This document shows, in pieces, positions 49,747 through 58,483 of a DNA stretch of 64,000 nt. The position numbers were made by a program, and so were the translations under genes. The first letter of the stretch is position 1; each line of letters starts with the position of its first letter. The notes below the pieces were generated by a model, which was not told where the DNA came from, searched no databases, and saw only the letters and a program-made list of their open reading frames with translations. Source of the DNA: an uncultured Actinomycetota bacterium (GTDB lineage Bacteria > Actinomycetota > Actinomycetes > BP-191); assembly GCA_963765815.1 (NCBI GenBank), contig CAVXXT010000008.1:628091-692090 (forward strand), written 5' to 3'.

Positions 49747-49830
49747 CAAGATCATGAGCGACTGGCGGCGCCCTTAGGCGACGTACTCGCTCGTCGACCC
49801 CGCTCGCCCGCCCCGCACCAAGATCATGAG
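49747..49830. repeat. Two direct copies of the repeat-C arm CAAGATCATGAG
   Basis: Exact 12-mers at 49747-49758 and 49819-49830; reverse complement at 25717-25728. Confidence 0.7.
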
Positions 49831-50103
49831 AGCCGGGCAGCATCCGCAGGTGCGTGCCGCTGCCGACGCGCTCCTGGCTGGCGTAGCGCAGAACATGGAT
49901 CCATTCGACCCGGACGGCGGGAACGCGTTGCCGCGACCGGGGTTCGTCGCGATGCGCGCCATGACGTTCGAGGACGCCGAGTGCTCGTCGCCCGCGAAGA
50001 CGAGCTCGGCGGAGGGGGGCATCCTGCGTCGCAGCTCTTCTACCTCGCGCACGAGGTGATCACGGCGGTGCGTGAGGCTGAGGAACGCGTCCAGCGTTCG
50101 TAG
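49826..50103 (+). CDS. Hypothetical protein of about 92 aa, probably split by a 1-nt deletion near 49980
   Basis: MRAGQHPQ...TFEDA joins VLVAREDELGGGGHPASQLFYLAHEVITAV if GAGG lost one G; no family recognised. Confidence 0.35.
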
Positions 50104-50112
50104 CGCGTTTGC

Positions 50113-50751
50113 CTACCAACCAGCCCGCAGTTGGAGTCGATCCCTCACCGCCGGCCAGTCGTCCTTCACCACGCTGAAGACGACGGTGTCGCGGAAGGTG
50201 CCGTCCTCGCGCTTCATCTCGCGCCGCAGCACACCCTCGCGTACGGCGCCGAGCTTGGCGATCGCCGCTTGCGAGCGGGTGTTGAGGAGGTCGGTCTGGA
50301 TCTTCACCCGGCCGTAGCCGAGGTCGTCGAACGCGTGCCGCATCAGCAGCAGCTTGCACTCGGGGTTGACGACGGTGCCCCACAGGTCGGGTGCGTACAT
50401 CGTCGAGCCGATGTGGATGCTCTCGTTTATCGGGTGCGCGTCGAGCAGCGACGTCGTCCCGACCAACGTCCCGGCAGCACCGAGGTCAGACGAAACCGCG
50501 AGCCGTACGGCGTACGCGAGCCGCCCGATCCCGTTGCCCTCCATGACGCCCTGCATCGACATGAACCGCTCGCGCGCGAGCGCCCGGCTGTCCGCCACCG
50601 ACGACGGCCGACGGTGCATCACGTAGCCCGACTCGTAGACCCGCGCGTCGCTCAGGATCGGGTACAGCTCGTCGAGGTCGCCCTCGGTGAGCAGCTCGAG
50701 TACGACGTGCCGCCCGCTCAGCGAGCGACCATCGGGCAGGAGTGCGGTCAT
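50113..50751 (-). CDS. GNAT N-acetyltransferase (RimJ/RimL-like)
   Basis: VGTTSL, IHIGST, VNPECKLLL, KIQTDLLNTRSQAAIAKLGAVREGVLR motifs. Confidence 0.92.
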   Translation of the reverse strand: MTALLPDGRSLSGRHVVLELLTEGDLDELYPILSDARVYESGYVMHRRPSSVADSRALARERFMSMQGVMEGNGIGRLAYAVRLAVSSDLGAAGTLVGTTSLLDAHPINESIHIGSTMYAPDLWGTVVNPECKLLLMRHAFDDLGYGRVKIQTDLLNTRSQAAIAKLGAVREGVLRREMKREDGTFRDTVVFSVVKDDWPAVRDRLQLRAGW

Positions 50752-52748
50752 GTCAGCTCCGGCGGCAGCGGCGTCGCGTGGACGACCGTCAGTGACGAGA
50801 CGGCGCGGGTGAGTGCGACGTACAGCCGGCGCAGCCCGCGCGTCTCCGCCGCGACGATGTCGGCGGGCTCGATGACGACGACGTGGTCGAACTCCAGGCC
50901 CTTCGCCAGTGTGGCCGGCACCAGCTCGACCCGCGCGTCCAGCACGTCGCTGTCCGCGCCGAGAACGACCGCCGGTACGCCGGCCGCGGCGAAGGCATCA
51001 CGCAGCGCCGGCACCGACGCGTCCGCCGCGATCACGCCGACCGACCCCTCGTCCGCGAGCAGTAGCCGCACCACCTCCGCGACCGACGCGAGGACGTCGG
51101 CGACGGCGTGCGCCCGCAACGACCCTGCGCCTCGGCGTACCGAGGTCGCCGGCTCGACCGACGACGCGATGTGCGGCACCAGCCGGTTGGCGAAGTCGAG
51201 GATCTCCTGCGGGACGCGATAGCCGCGGGTCAGCGCGGTCACGCGGCCCTCGGGCTTGCCGAGGTGCGCGAGCGACTCCGCCCAGCTCGACGTCGACCAC
51301 GGCGTGGTGCCCTGCGCGATGTCGCCCAGCAACGTGGCCGACCCCGTGACGCACCGCCGCCCGACAGCGCGGCACTGCATGGGGGAGAGGTCCTGCGCCT
51401 CGTCGAGGATCACGTGGCCGAATCCGCGCGGCCGCTCCAGCAGGTCGGCGACCTCGTCGACGAGGAACGCGTCGGCCGCGGTCCACGGCGCCGACCTCGC
51501 ACTGCGCGGCGGCTTGTCCCAGCGCAGCAGCGCGCGCTCGTCGTCGGTCAGCACCCCGTCGCTCGACGCCGCGAGCAGCGACGGCTCCGAGTACAGCCGC
51601 GACAGGAAGCCGAGCGCGTCGGCCGGCGGCCAGTGCTCGTCGACGTACGCGCGCACCTCCGGCGACCCCGCGATCCGCCGCAGCTCCGCGTCGGTGGGTG
51701 CGCCCCCCGCCTCCTCCAGCTCGCGGCGCACCACCTCGGCGATGTGCGTCCGCAGCCGGTCGCGCGCCGTCGCGTAGCGCACGTCGGCGTGCAGCAGGTC
51801 GCGGACGAGCCCGCGTACGACGACGGCGTCCACATGCCGCCGGCGGCCGTCGACAGTGACCGTCAAGGAGACGGTCGGCCGCCGGATCCCGGCGTACAGC
51901 GCCTTGCGCAGCACCTTCGCCAGCCGCGCATCACCTTTCAAGGTGGCGGCTTCCACCGAGTCGCGACCGCGCACGACGACGCCCACCGGCAGCTCGTCCA
52001 CCGTCGTCTGAGTGACGTCCACCTCGCCGAGCGCGGGGAGCACGTCGCCGATGTAGGACAGGAACGCGCGGTTCGGCCCGACGACCAGCACGCCGCCCCG
52101 GCGCAGCCGCTCGCGGAACGTGTAGAGCAGGTACGCCGCGCGGTGCAGCCCGACGGCTGTCTTGCCGGTGCCCGGCGCGCCCTGGATGCACAGCGTCTCG
52201 GACAGATCGGCGCGGACCAGCTCGTCCTGGTCGGGCTGGATCGTGGCGACGATGTCGCGCATCGGCCCGACGCGCGGCCGCTCGATCTCCTCGGCGAGCA
52301 GCTTGCTCGACAGCCCGAGCGCGTCACCGGCGACCAGGTGCTCGTCCTCGAAGGACGTGATCGCGCCGGCGGAGAAGCCGAAGCGGCGGCGCAGCGCCAC
52401 GTCCATGGGTTCAGCTGCCGTGGCCCGGTAGAAGGGCAGCGAGATCGGCGCGCGCCAGTCGACGACCATCGGCTCGCCGCGGGTGTCGATGACATGCCGC
52501 CGGCCGATGTGGAAGACCTCGTCACCGGCGACCTGGTCGAGCCGGCCGAAGAACAGCGGCGTCGTCGGGTCGTCGACCAGCGCGCGCAGCCGCTCGGCGC
52601 GTGCCTTGCCCAGTGCCTCCGACGCGAACGCGTCGACCGCGACGTCGCCGATCTGCGCGGCCCGGACTCGCATCGCGGCGAGCGCCGCCCGGCTGTCGGC
52701 GAGGTGCGTGCGCTCCGCATCGAGGTCGGCGCGCACGTCGGAAGCCAC
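50748..52748 (-). CDS. HelD-family RNA polymerase-associated helicase-like ATPase
   Basis: FFGRLD, VVDWRAP, MRDIVATIQPDQ, GAPGTGKT, ILDEAQD, GDIAQ, KGLEFD, LYVALTRA motifs. Confidence 0.88.
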   Translation of the reverse strand: MASDVRADLDAERTHLADSRAALAAMRVRAAQIGDVAVDAFASEALGKARAERLRALVDDPTTPLFFGRLDQVAGDEVFHIGRRHVIDTRGEPMVVDWRAPISLPFYRATAAEPMDVALRRRFGFSAGAITSFEDEHLVAGDALGLSSKLLAEEIERPRVGPMRDIVATIQPDQDELVRADLSETLCIQGAPGTGKTAVGLHRAAYLLYTFRERLRRGGVLVVGPNRAFLSYIGDVLPALGEVDVTQTTVDELPVGVVVRGRDSVEAATLKGDARLAKVLRKALYAGIRRPTVSLTVTVDGRRRHVDAVVVRGLVRDLLHADVRYATARDRLRTHIAEVVRRELEEAGGAPTDAELRRIAGSPEVRAYVDEHWPPADALGFLSRLYSEPSLLAASSDGVLTDDERALLRWDKPPRSARSAPWTAADAFLVDEVADLLERPRGFGHVILDEAQDLSPMQCRAVGRRCVTGSATLLGDIAQGTTPWSTSSWAESLAHLGKPEGRVTALTRGYRVPQEILDFANRLVPHIASSVEPATSVRRGAGSLRAHAVADVLASVAEVVRLLLADEGSVGVIAADASVPALRDAFAAAGVPAVVLGADSDVLDARVELVPATLAKGLEFDHVVVIEPADIVAAETRGLRRLYVALTRAVSSLTVVHATPLPPELT

Positions 52749-52790
52749 GAGCGCAGGACCCTAGCCCGATTGCGTAGCGCCGTCCCGACG

Positions 52791-52926
52791 ATTCTGTGTC
52801 CGTCCGGGCGGCGCTGCCGAGCCCGGGACCGGACACAGAACCAGGTAGACCAGCGGGGGCAGCGGGGGCAAGGCGGTTCTGTGTCCGTCGTGGCGGCGGG
52901 CGTGTGCGTCGGAACGGACACAGAAC
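52791..52926. repeat. Two tandem copies of inverted repeat D
   Basis: TTCTGTGTCC (52792-52801)-N29-GGACACAGAA (52831-52840) and GTTCTGTGTCC (52876-52886)-N29-GGACACAGAAC (52916-52926). Confidence 0.9.
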
Positions 52927-52935
52927 GACGTCAGC

Positions 52936-53358
52936 TCAGACGGCCGGGCTCTCCTCCATGTGCAGGAGGCGGCGGCCCTTCTGGGCCTCGAAGTCGAGCG
53001 CGGCGATCGGCGTCGGCGCGATCCGGTGCGACAGCGCGCCGAGGAGGCGCACGTCGGCCTCGGCGTCCGGGTCGGCGAGCACCTGCAGCGCGAAGGCGAG
53101 CGCGCGTGGCGACACCCCGTAGCGCTCCTCGAGCTCGGCCGCGCACGCTGCTGCCAGCAGCTCCCGCTCGCCGTAGACCCGGTGCCCGCCGCCCTGGCGC
53201 CGGCCCGGCAGCAGGCCGAGCGCCTCCCGGTAGCGCAGCATCCGCGGCGTGGTCGACAGCCGCTGCGCAGCCGGCCCGATCGGCAGCCGCGTGCCCGGTC
53301 CCGCGACGCCAACCCGGCGGCGTACGGCGTCCATCTGCAGGCGGTGCCCCAGCGACAT
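52936..53358 (-). CDS. MerR-family transcriptional regulator
   Basis: IGPAAQRLSTTPRMLRYREALGLL...GGHRVYGERE HTH-wing; ATG at 53358. Confidence 0.85.
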   Translation of the reverse strand: MSLGHRLQMDAVRRRVGVAGPGTRLPIGPAAQRLSTTPRMLRYREALGLLPGRRQGGGHRVYGERELLAAACAAELEERYGVSPRALAFALQVLADPDAEADVRLLGALSHRIAPTPIAALDFEAQKGRRLLHMEESPAV

Positions 53359-53364
53359 GACCCA

Positions 53365-53388
53365 ATCTTGACACATCCGTGTCAGGAT
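53365..53388. promoter_or_regulatory. Dyad operator overlapping a TTGACA hexamer between merR and ahcY
   Basis: ATCTTGACAC-ATCC-GTGTCAGGAT with 9/10 symmetry; TTGACA at 53368-53373; second TTGACG at 53392. Confidence 0.65.
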
Positions 53389-53456
53389 TTCTTGACGGCA
53401 CGCCGACGCCACGGGAGAGTCGTCGCCGACACCCGCCGATACCTGGGAGCGCCCGC

Positions 53457-54728
53457 GTGACCGACCTGCCGAAGCACGACATCGCCGACGCCTCGCTCGC
53501 CGCCGCGGGCAAGCTGCGCATCGAGTGGGCGGAGCGGGCCATGCCCGTCGTCCGCCAGATCGCGGAGCGCTTCGCCAAGGAGCGGCCCTTCGAGGGCACC
53601 CGCATCGCCGCGTGCATGCACGTCACCACCGAGACGGCCAACCTGATGCGCGCCCTGCAGGCCGGCGGCGCCGAGCTGCACCTGTGCGCGTCCAACCCGC
53701 TGTCGACGCAGGACGACACCGCGGCTGCGCTCGTCCACGAGTACGGCATCGCCGTCTACGCCCGCAACGCGGTCGACCGCGACGGCTACTACGCGCACAT
53801 CAACGCCGCGCTCGACTGCGAGCCGCACTACGTCTTCGACGACGGCTGCGACCTGGTCAACGTGCTGCACACCACGCGCAAGGAGCTGCTGCCGACCGTC
53901 CTCGCGGGGTGCGAGGAGACCACCACCGGCGTCATCCGGCTCAAGCAGATGGCGGCCGACGGCGCGCTGACCTTCCCGATGATCGCGGTCAACGACACCG
54001 ACACCAAGCACATGTTCGACAACCGCTACGGCACCGGCCAGTCGACCCTCGACGCCGTCTTCCGCGCGACCAACACGCTGCTCGCCGGCAAGACGGTCGT
54101 CGTCGCCGGCTACGGCTACTGCGGCAAGGGCGTCGCGGAGCGCTCGAAGGGCATGGGCGCCAACGTCGTCGTCACCGAGATCGACCCCACCAAGGCGCTC
54201 GACGCGAAGATGCAGGGCTACAGCGTCATGCCGATGATCGACGCCGCGCGCATCGGCGACGTCTTCATCACCGTGACCGGCAACCGCGACGTGCTGCGCA
54301 AGGAGCACTTCGAGGTCATGAAGGACGGCGCGATCTTCGCCAACTCCGGCCACTTCGACATCGAGATCGACATCAAGGCGCTCGAGGGCCTCGCGGTCGA
54401 GCGTCGCGACAAGATCCGGCACCAGACCGACGAGTACGTCATGGCCGACGGCCGTCGCCTGCTGCTCCTCGCCGAGGGCCGGCTCGTCAACCTCGGTGCC
54501 GCCGAGGGCCACCCGGCCGCGGTCATGGACATGTCCTTCGCCGACCAGGCGCTCACCGCCGAGTGGCTCGTCGCGAACCACAAGGATCTGACGCCGGGTG
54601 TGCACGACGTGCCCGAGCACATCGACAAGGAGGTCGCGCGCGTGAAGCTCGCCTCCATGAACGTCGACATCGACACGCTCACCGCGGCCCAGGAGGAGTA
54701 CCTCAGCTCCTGGGAGCACGGCTCCTAG
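53457..54728 (+). CDS. ahcY: Adenosylhomocysteinase, short type (423 aa)
   Basis: CMHVTTET, SNPLSTQD, DDGCDL, EETTTG, KHMFDNRYGTGQS, GYGYCGKG, GRLVNLG, GHP motifs. Confidence 0.97.
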   Translation: MTDLPKHDIADASLAAAGKLRIEWAERAMPVVRQIAERFAKERPFEGTRIAACMHVTTETANLMRALQAGGAELHLCASNPLSTQDDTAAALVHEYGIAVYARNAVDRDGYYAHINAALDCEPHYVFDDGCDLVNVLHTTRKELLPTVLAGCEETTTGVIRLKQMAADGALTFPMIAVNDTDTKHMFDNRYGTGQSTLDAVFRATNTLLAGKTVVVAGYGYCGKGVAERSKGMGANVVVTEIDPTKALDAKMQGYSVMPMIDAARIGDVFITVTGNRDVLRKEHFEVMKDGAIFANSGHFDIEIDIKALEGLAVERRDKIRHQTDEYVMADGRRLLLLAEGRLVNLGAAEGHPAAVMDMSFADQALTAEWLVANHKDLTPGVHDVPEHIDKEVARVKLASMNVDIDTLTAAQEEYLSSWEHGS

Positions 54729-54729
54729 C

Positions 54730-55446
54730 TTGCCCAAGGGCACGTACCACCACCTCGACCCCGACGGCACTGTCGTCGGGGTCGAGGTGTTCTCGTGCGC
54801 GCCCGGCCCGTCCGGGTGGCGCTGGGTCAGCCAGGTGCACGACCCCGAGGGCCGGCCGCTGTCGCGCATCGACCTCACCGTCGACGACCGCTGGCGCCAG
54901 CTGCGGGTGCAGGTCGCCTGCGGCGGCTGGATCGTCCGCGGCGGACTCGCCGGTCGCGAGGTGATCTGGACCCGGATGCCCGACGCCGGCACCGGCGTCA
55001 TGCCGGACGGTGTGCAGGAGCACAGCGCGACCGCGGTGGCGTTCACCGGCGAGTCGCCGGCCTTCCTCGTCGCGACCGCGCGGTTGCTCGGCCTCAACAC
55101 CGACGGTCGGCGTACGGCGAAGCTGGTCCGCGTCACCGAGCCGGCGTGCGCGCCGCTGCCGGTCGACGAGGGCTGGGCGCTGGTCGACGTCACGACCCAC
55201 GATCGCGAGGACCACGAGCCGCTCGTCGCGGAGACCTACGAGGTCGCCGACCTCGCCACCGCCGAGCGCAAGGTGGTGCACCTCACCGGTGACGTCGTCC
55301 TCGACGCTCCCGGCCTCGAGCTGGTCGCACTCGAGTCCAGGCCCACCCCCACCACCCCCCCACGTAGTCCCCAGACCGCTCTGCCGAACCCTGCTGACCG
55401 GTCGTCCATGGCTAGCGTCACGCGGATCGGTTGCGGCGCTGGGTGA
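54730..55446 (+). CDS. Hypothetical protein
   Basis: TTG start 1 nt after the ahcY stop; coding-like codon use; last 30 aa doubtful (C-run). Confidence 0.65.
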   Translation: MPKGTYHHLDPDGTVVGVEVFSCAPGPSGWRWVSQVHDPEGRPLSRIDLTVDDRWRQLRVQVACGGWIVRGGLAGREVIWTRMPDAGTGVMPDGVQEHSATAVAFTGESPAFLVATARLLGLNTDGRRTAKLVRVTEPACAPLPVDEGWALVDVTTHDREDHEPLVAETYEVADLATAERKVVHLTGDVVLDAPGLELVALESRPTPTTPPRSPQTALPNPADRSSMASVTRIGCGAG

Positions 55447-55457
55447 TCGGGGTGACC

Positions 55458-55775
55458 ATGGCGGTGGACGAACGAGCCCGGCACGAGCTCTACACCCAGC
55501 TCGAGCGGGTGCTAGGCACGGAGGCGGCGACGACCTTGCTGGAGCACCTGCCACCCGTCGGGTGGGCCGACGTCGCCACCAAGCACGACCTCGACGAGCT
55601 CGAGCGCCGGATCGACCTGCGGTTCGAGATGACAGAGCAGCGGATGCTCGCGGCCTTCCGCGGCGAGCTCGTGTCGGCGATCACGACGCAGACCCGGACC
55701 ATGATCTTCACCATGGCCGGCACCGTCGTCAGCCTGGCCGCGGTCGCCTTCGCGGCGGCCGCCCGCGCCGGCTGA
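55458..55775 (+). CDS. Small coiled-coil protein with C-terminal TM (DUF1640/CCDC90-like)
   Basis: LLEHLPPVGWADVATKHDL..LE motif followed by a hydrophobic tail. Confidence 0.7.
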   Translation: MAVDERARHELYTQLERVLGTEAATTLLEHLPPVGWADVATKHDLDELERRIDLRFEMTEQRMLAAFRGELVSAITTQTRTMIFTMAGTVVSLAAVAFAAAARAG

Positions 55776-55803
55776 GTCGGCGAGCGGGCGCTGCGTCGTC
55801 GTA

Positions 55804-56421
55804 CTAGGCGGGGTCGCTGCGGTCCTCGATCTCCCAGGCGTGGTCGAGGACGTGCCAGGCGATCCGTCGTACGGCGTAGCGCAGCGGCCAGCGCGCGTCC
55901 GGCGCACCTGACCGGATCGCGGCGCTGATCGCGGTGCGCTGCTCGCCCCACGGCGTGCGCGGCGGGACGCGGGCGCCGATCGCGCGGCCGTAGCTGCGCT
56001 CGGCCTCGCGGACGTGGTCGGCCACCGCGTCCCGGTCGCGGCCACCCCCGCGTGGACCTTTGCGCAGCGCCTCGGGTGCTCTCGCGAGCACGCCGTCGAA
56101 GCATGACCAGCAGGCCTCGAGCAGTCCGGCCAGCCGGTCTCCCTCGGCCGCGCTCACCGGGTCGTCGTCCCAGGGACCGCGTGCGTCCGGCGCGCCGAAG
56201 TCGGTCGTCGCGGTGCCGGGCACCCGGCCGACGACCTCGAGTTCACCGGGACGGAACCCGGCCCCGACGGCGCGCGCGTAGCGGTCGGCGTAGTCCTGCA
56301 GCGCGTCGATCGCCGCGTCGTCGCCCTTGCCGCGCCGGCACCACCCGGGCCAGTCGACCGCGCAGGCGACGACCCAGGTCCGGCCCTGCTCGAGGTAGAC
56401 GCGCGTGGTCGGCGGGGTCAC
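55804..56421 (-). CDS. Hypothetical protein with DinB-like C-terminus
   Basis: ACAVDWPGWCR, DHVREAE, RRIAWHVLDHAWEIEDRS motifs. Confidence 0.75.
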   Translation of the reverse strand: MTPPTTRVYLEQGRTWVVACAVDWPGWCRRGKGDDAAIDALQDYADRYARAVGAGFRPGELEVVGRVPGTATTDFGAPDARGPWDDDPVSAAEGDRLAGLLEACWSCFDGVLARAPEALRKGPRGGGRDRDAVADHVREAERSYGRAIGARVPPRTPWGEQRTAISAAIRSGAPDARWPLRYAVRRIAWHVLDHAWEIEDRSDPA

Positions 56422-56432
56422 CGGAGGCGGAC

Positions 56433-57407
56433 TCAGGCGGGGGGCGTGAACGGGCCGGGCGGGGGAGCGGAGGCCGGCACCGGCGCGGGCGGGCCGGGGT
56501 CGGCCGGCGGCGGGCCGACGACCGGCGCGCTGCCGTACGCCGGCGCCGACGCGGCCCACGGCGACGGCGCGCCGACCGGCCCGTCCGAGCCCCACGGCGA
56601 CGCGGTCCCGGCCGCCGGCGGTCCGCCCCACCCTGCGGCGGCGTCGCGGGCGCGCGACTGCTCCCGCATGCGGATCTCCTCCCGGCGGCGCCGCTCGGCG
56701 AGGACCGCGGAGAGGTAGGCCCAGCCCGGCGTGCCCGGCGGCGGCGGTGGCGTGACGACCCGCGACACCGTGCCGGCCAGCTGCTGGCCGAGCTGCTCCC
56801 GGGCGGAGGGCGTGAGACCGGCGGCTCGCCCGAGGAACTCGCGCACCGCGAGCGCGAGATCGCCGGGCAGCGCGCTGAGGTCGAGGGTCGCGGCCCACGC
56901 CGCGAGCTGCGGCGGCATCGGGATCGTCGACGGCGTCCGCGCCGGGATCCGCTCCTGCAGCACGATGGTGCCGGCGGCGACGTCGCCGAGCCGCTTGCCC
57001 TTCTCGCTGGCCAGGCACGTGATGACGCCGACGAACGTGAGCGGGGTCGGGAAGCGATCGGCGAAGACGCCGACGAGACCGCGGATCAGCGCGTGCCGGA
57101 AGCTGATCGGGCCGCCGTCGTCGCGGACGACCCGCAGCCCCATCGCCGCCTTGCCGGGCGTCCGGCCGCGCCACAGCGTCTCGAACAGCACGGGGTAGCC
57201 GAGCACGTCGGCGAGAATGACGAGCAGCAGCATGGTGATCGCCACGGCCCCGTCGAGGGAGACGCCGACCCCGCCGACCACGAACAGGAAGAGGAGCAGG
57301 ATCCCGAGCTGGATCGCCAGGTCGATCATCGCCGCCGGCACGCGCGACGCGAGGCGCGCGACGCGCAGCTCCAGCTCGACCGCCTCGCCCGTGACGAGCT
57401 GGCTCAC
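56433..57407 (-). CDS. RDD family protein with Pro-rich tail
   Basis: LVTGEAVELEL, GRTPGKAAMGLRVVRDDGGP, KRLGDVAAGT motifs. Confidence 0.92.
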   Translation of the reverse strand: MSQLVTGEAVELELRVARLASRVPAAMIDLAIQLGILLLFLFVVGGVGVSLDGAVAITMLLLVILADVLGYPVLFETLWRGRTPGKAAMGLRVVRDDGGPISFRHALIRGLVGVFADRFPTPLTFVGVITCLASEKGKRLGDVAAGTIVLQERIPARTPSTIPMPPQLAAWAATLDLSALPGDLALAVREFLGRAAGLTPSAREQLGQQLAGTVSRVVTPPPPPGTPGWAYLSAVLAERRRREEIRMREQSRARDAAAGWGGPPAAGTASPWGSDGPVGAPSPWAASAPAYGSAPVVGPPPADPGPPAPVPASAPPPGPFTPPA

Positions 57408-57444
57408 GAAATCGTCCCCTCAGCGTGCGCCGTACGATCGCGGC

Positions 57445-58452
57445 GTGGACATCGATGCCTTCGTCGCGGCGCACAGCCCGGCGTGGAGGCGGCTGGAGCA
57501 CCTGGTCTCGCGGGCCCGGCGGCCCCGCCGCCTGAGCGGCGGAGAGCTCGACGAGCTGGTCGACCTCTACCAGCGTACGGCGACGCACCTGTCCGTGGTC
57601 CGGTCGTCGTCGCCCGACCCGCAGCTGGTCGCCCGGCTGTCCACCCTGGTCGCCCGCTCACGCAGTGCTGTCACCGGGGCGCGCCGGGCCGGCTGGTCCG
57701 ACGCCGCGGAGTTCCTCACGACGACGTTCCCCGCAGCGGTCTACCGGATGCGGTGGTGGGTGCTCGCGACATCGGTCGGCTGCCTCGCGGTGGCCTTCGG
57801 CGTCGGCGTCTGGGTGGCACACAGCCCGACCGTTCAGGCCAACATCGGCACGCCCGACGAGATCCGTCAGCTGGTGGAGCACGACTTCGCCGACTACTAC
57901 TCCGCCAACCCGGCGGCGGCGTTCGCCGGCAAGGTGTTCGTGAACAACGTCGTCGTGGCCGCTCAGGCGTTCACGGTCGGCATCCTGCTCTGCCTTCCTG
58001 CGGTGCGGATCCTGCTGGTCAACGCCGTGAACGTCGGTGTCGCCGGTGGCGTGATGGCCGCCCACGGCCGGGTGGGGATCTTCTTCGGCCTGATCACCCC
58101 GCACGGCCTGCTCGAGCTCACCGCGATCTTCGTGGCTGGGGCTGCGGGCATGCGGCTGGGCTGGCGCATCGTCGATCCGGGCCCGCGCCGCCGCGTCGAC
58201 GCCCTCGCGGAGGAGGGCCGCGCCTCGGCCGCGGTCATCATCGGGCTGGTGCTGGTGTTCGCCGTGGCCGGGTCGATCGAGGGCTTCGTCACGCCGTCCG
58301 GGCTGCCCACCTGGGCCCGCGTGGCGATCGGCGTCGTGGTCGAGTCCGCCTTCCTGGCCTGGGTGCTGGTCCTCGGCCGGCGGGCGGTCGCTGCCGGCGC
58401 GACCGGCGACCTGCTCCACGGGCTGGCCGGCGACCAGGCCCCGGCGACCTGA
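57445..58452 (+). CDS. Stage II sporulation protein M family membrane protein
   Basis: VDIDAFVAAH..WRRL, LYQRTATHLS, VFVNN, PHGLLELTAIF, IEGFVTP motifs; divergent from RDD. Confidence 0.92.
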   Translation: MDIDAFVAAHSPAWRRLEHLVSRARRPRRLSGGELDELVDLYQRTATHLSVVRSSSPDPQLVARLSTLVARSRSAVTGARRAGWSDAAEFLTTTFPAAVYRMRWWVLATSVGCLAVAFGVGVWVAHSPTVQANIGTPDEIRQLVEHDFADYYSANPAAAFAGKVFVNNVVVAAQAFTVGILLCLPAVRILLVNAVNVGVAGGVMAAHGRVGIFFGLITPHGLLELTAIFVAGAAGMRLGWRIVDPGPRRRVDALAEEGRASAAVIIGLVLVFAVAGSIEGFVTPSGLPTWARVAIGVVVESAFLAWVLVLGRRAVAAGATGDLLHGLAGDQAPAT

Positions 58453-58483
58453 CGCCTGCCCGTTGGGACATTCCCCGACCATT

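Noticed and set aside
52791-52926. Repeat-spacer-repeat pattern as a CRISPR or guide-RNA array
   Set aside because: Arms are inverted rather than direct, there are only two units, and no cas or other effector gene is adjacent
52749-52935. Rifamycin-associated element upstream of the HelD-like gene (would indicate helR)
   Set aside because: No matching palindrome is visible; GGGGGCAAGGC is only a fragmentary resemblance
53370-53383. WhiA/WhiB GACAC boxes here and inside repeats A and D
   Set aside because: A 5-mer is too frequent to support a claim without binding data
53389-53456. SAH or SAM riboswitch in the ahcY leader
   Set aside because: The leader is short and shows only a weak CGACG/CGTCG stem; no conserved core recognised (needs an Infernal scan to exclude fully)
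57445-58452. SpoIIM, SpoIID and WhiB as evidence of endospore formation
   Set aside because: These families are widespread in non-sporulating actinobacteria; the names reflect homology only
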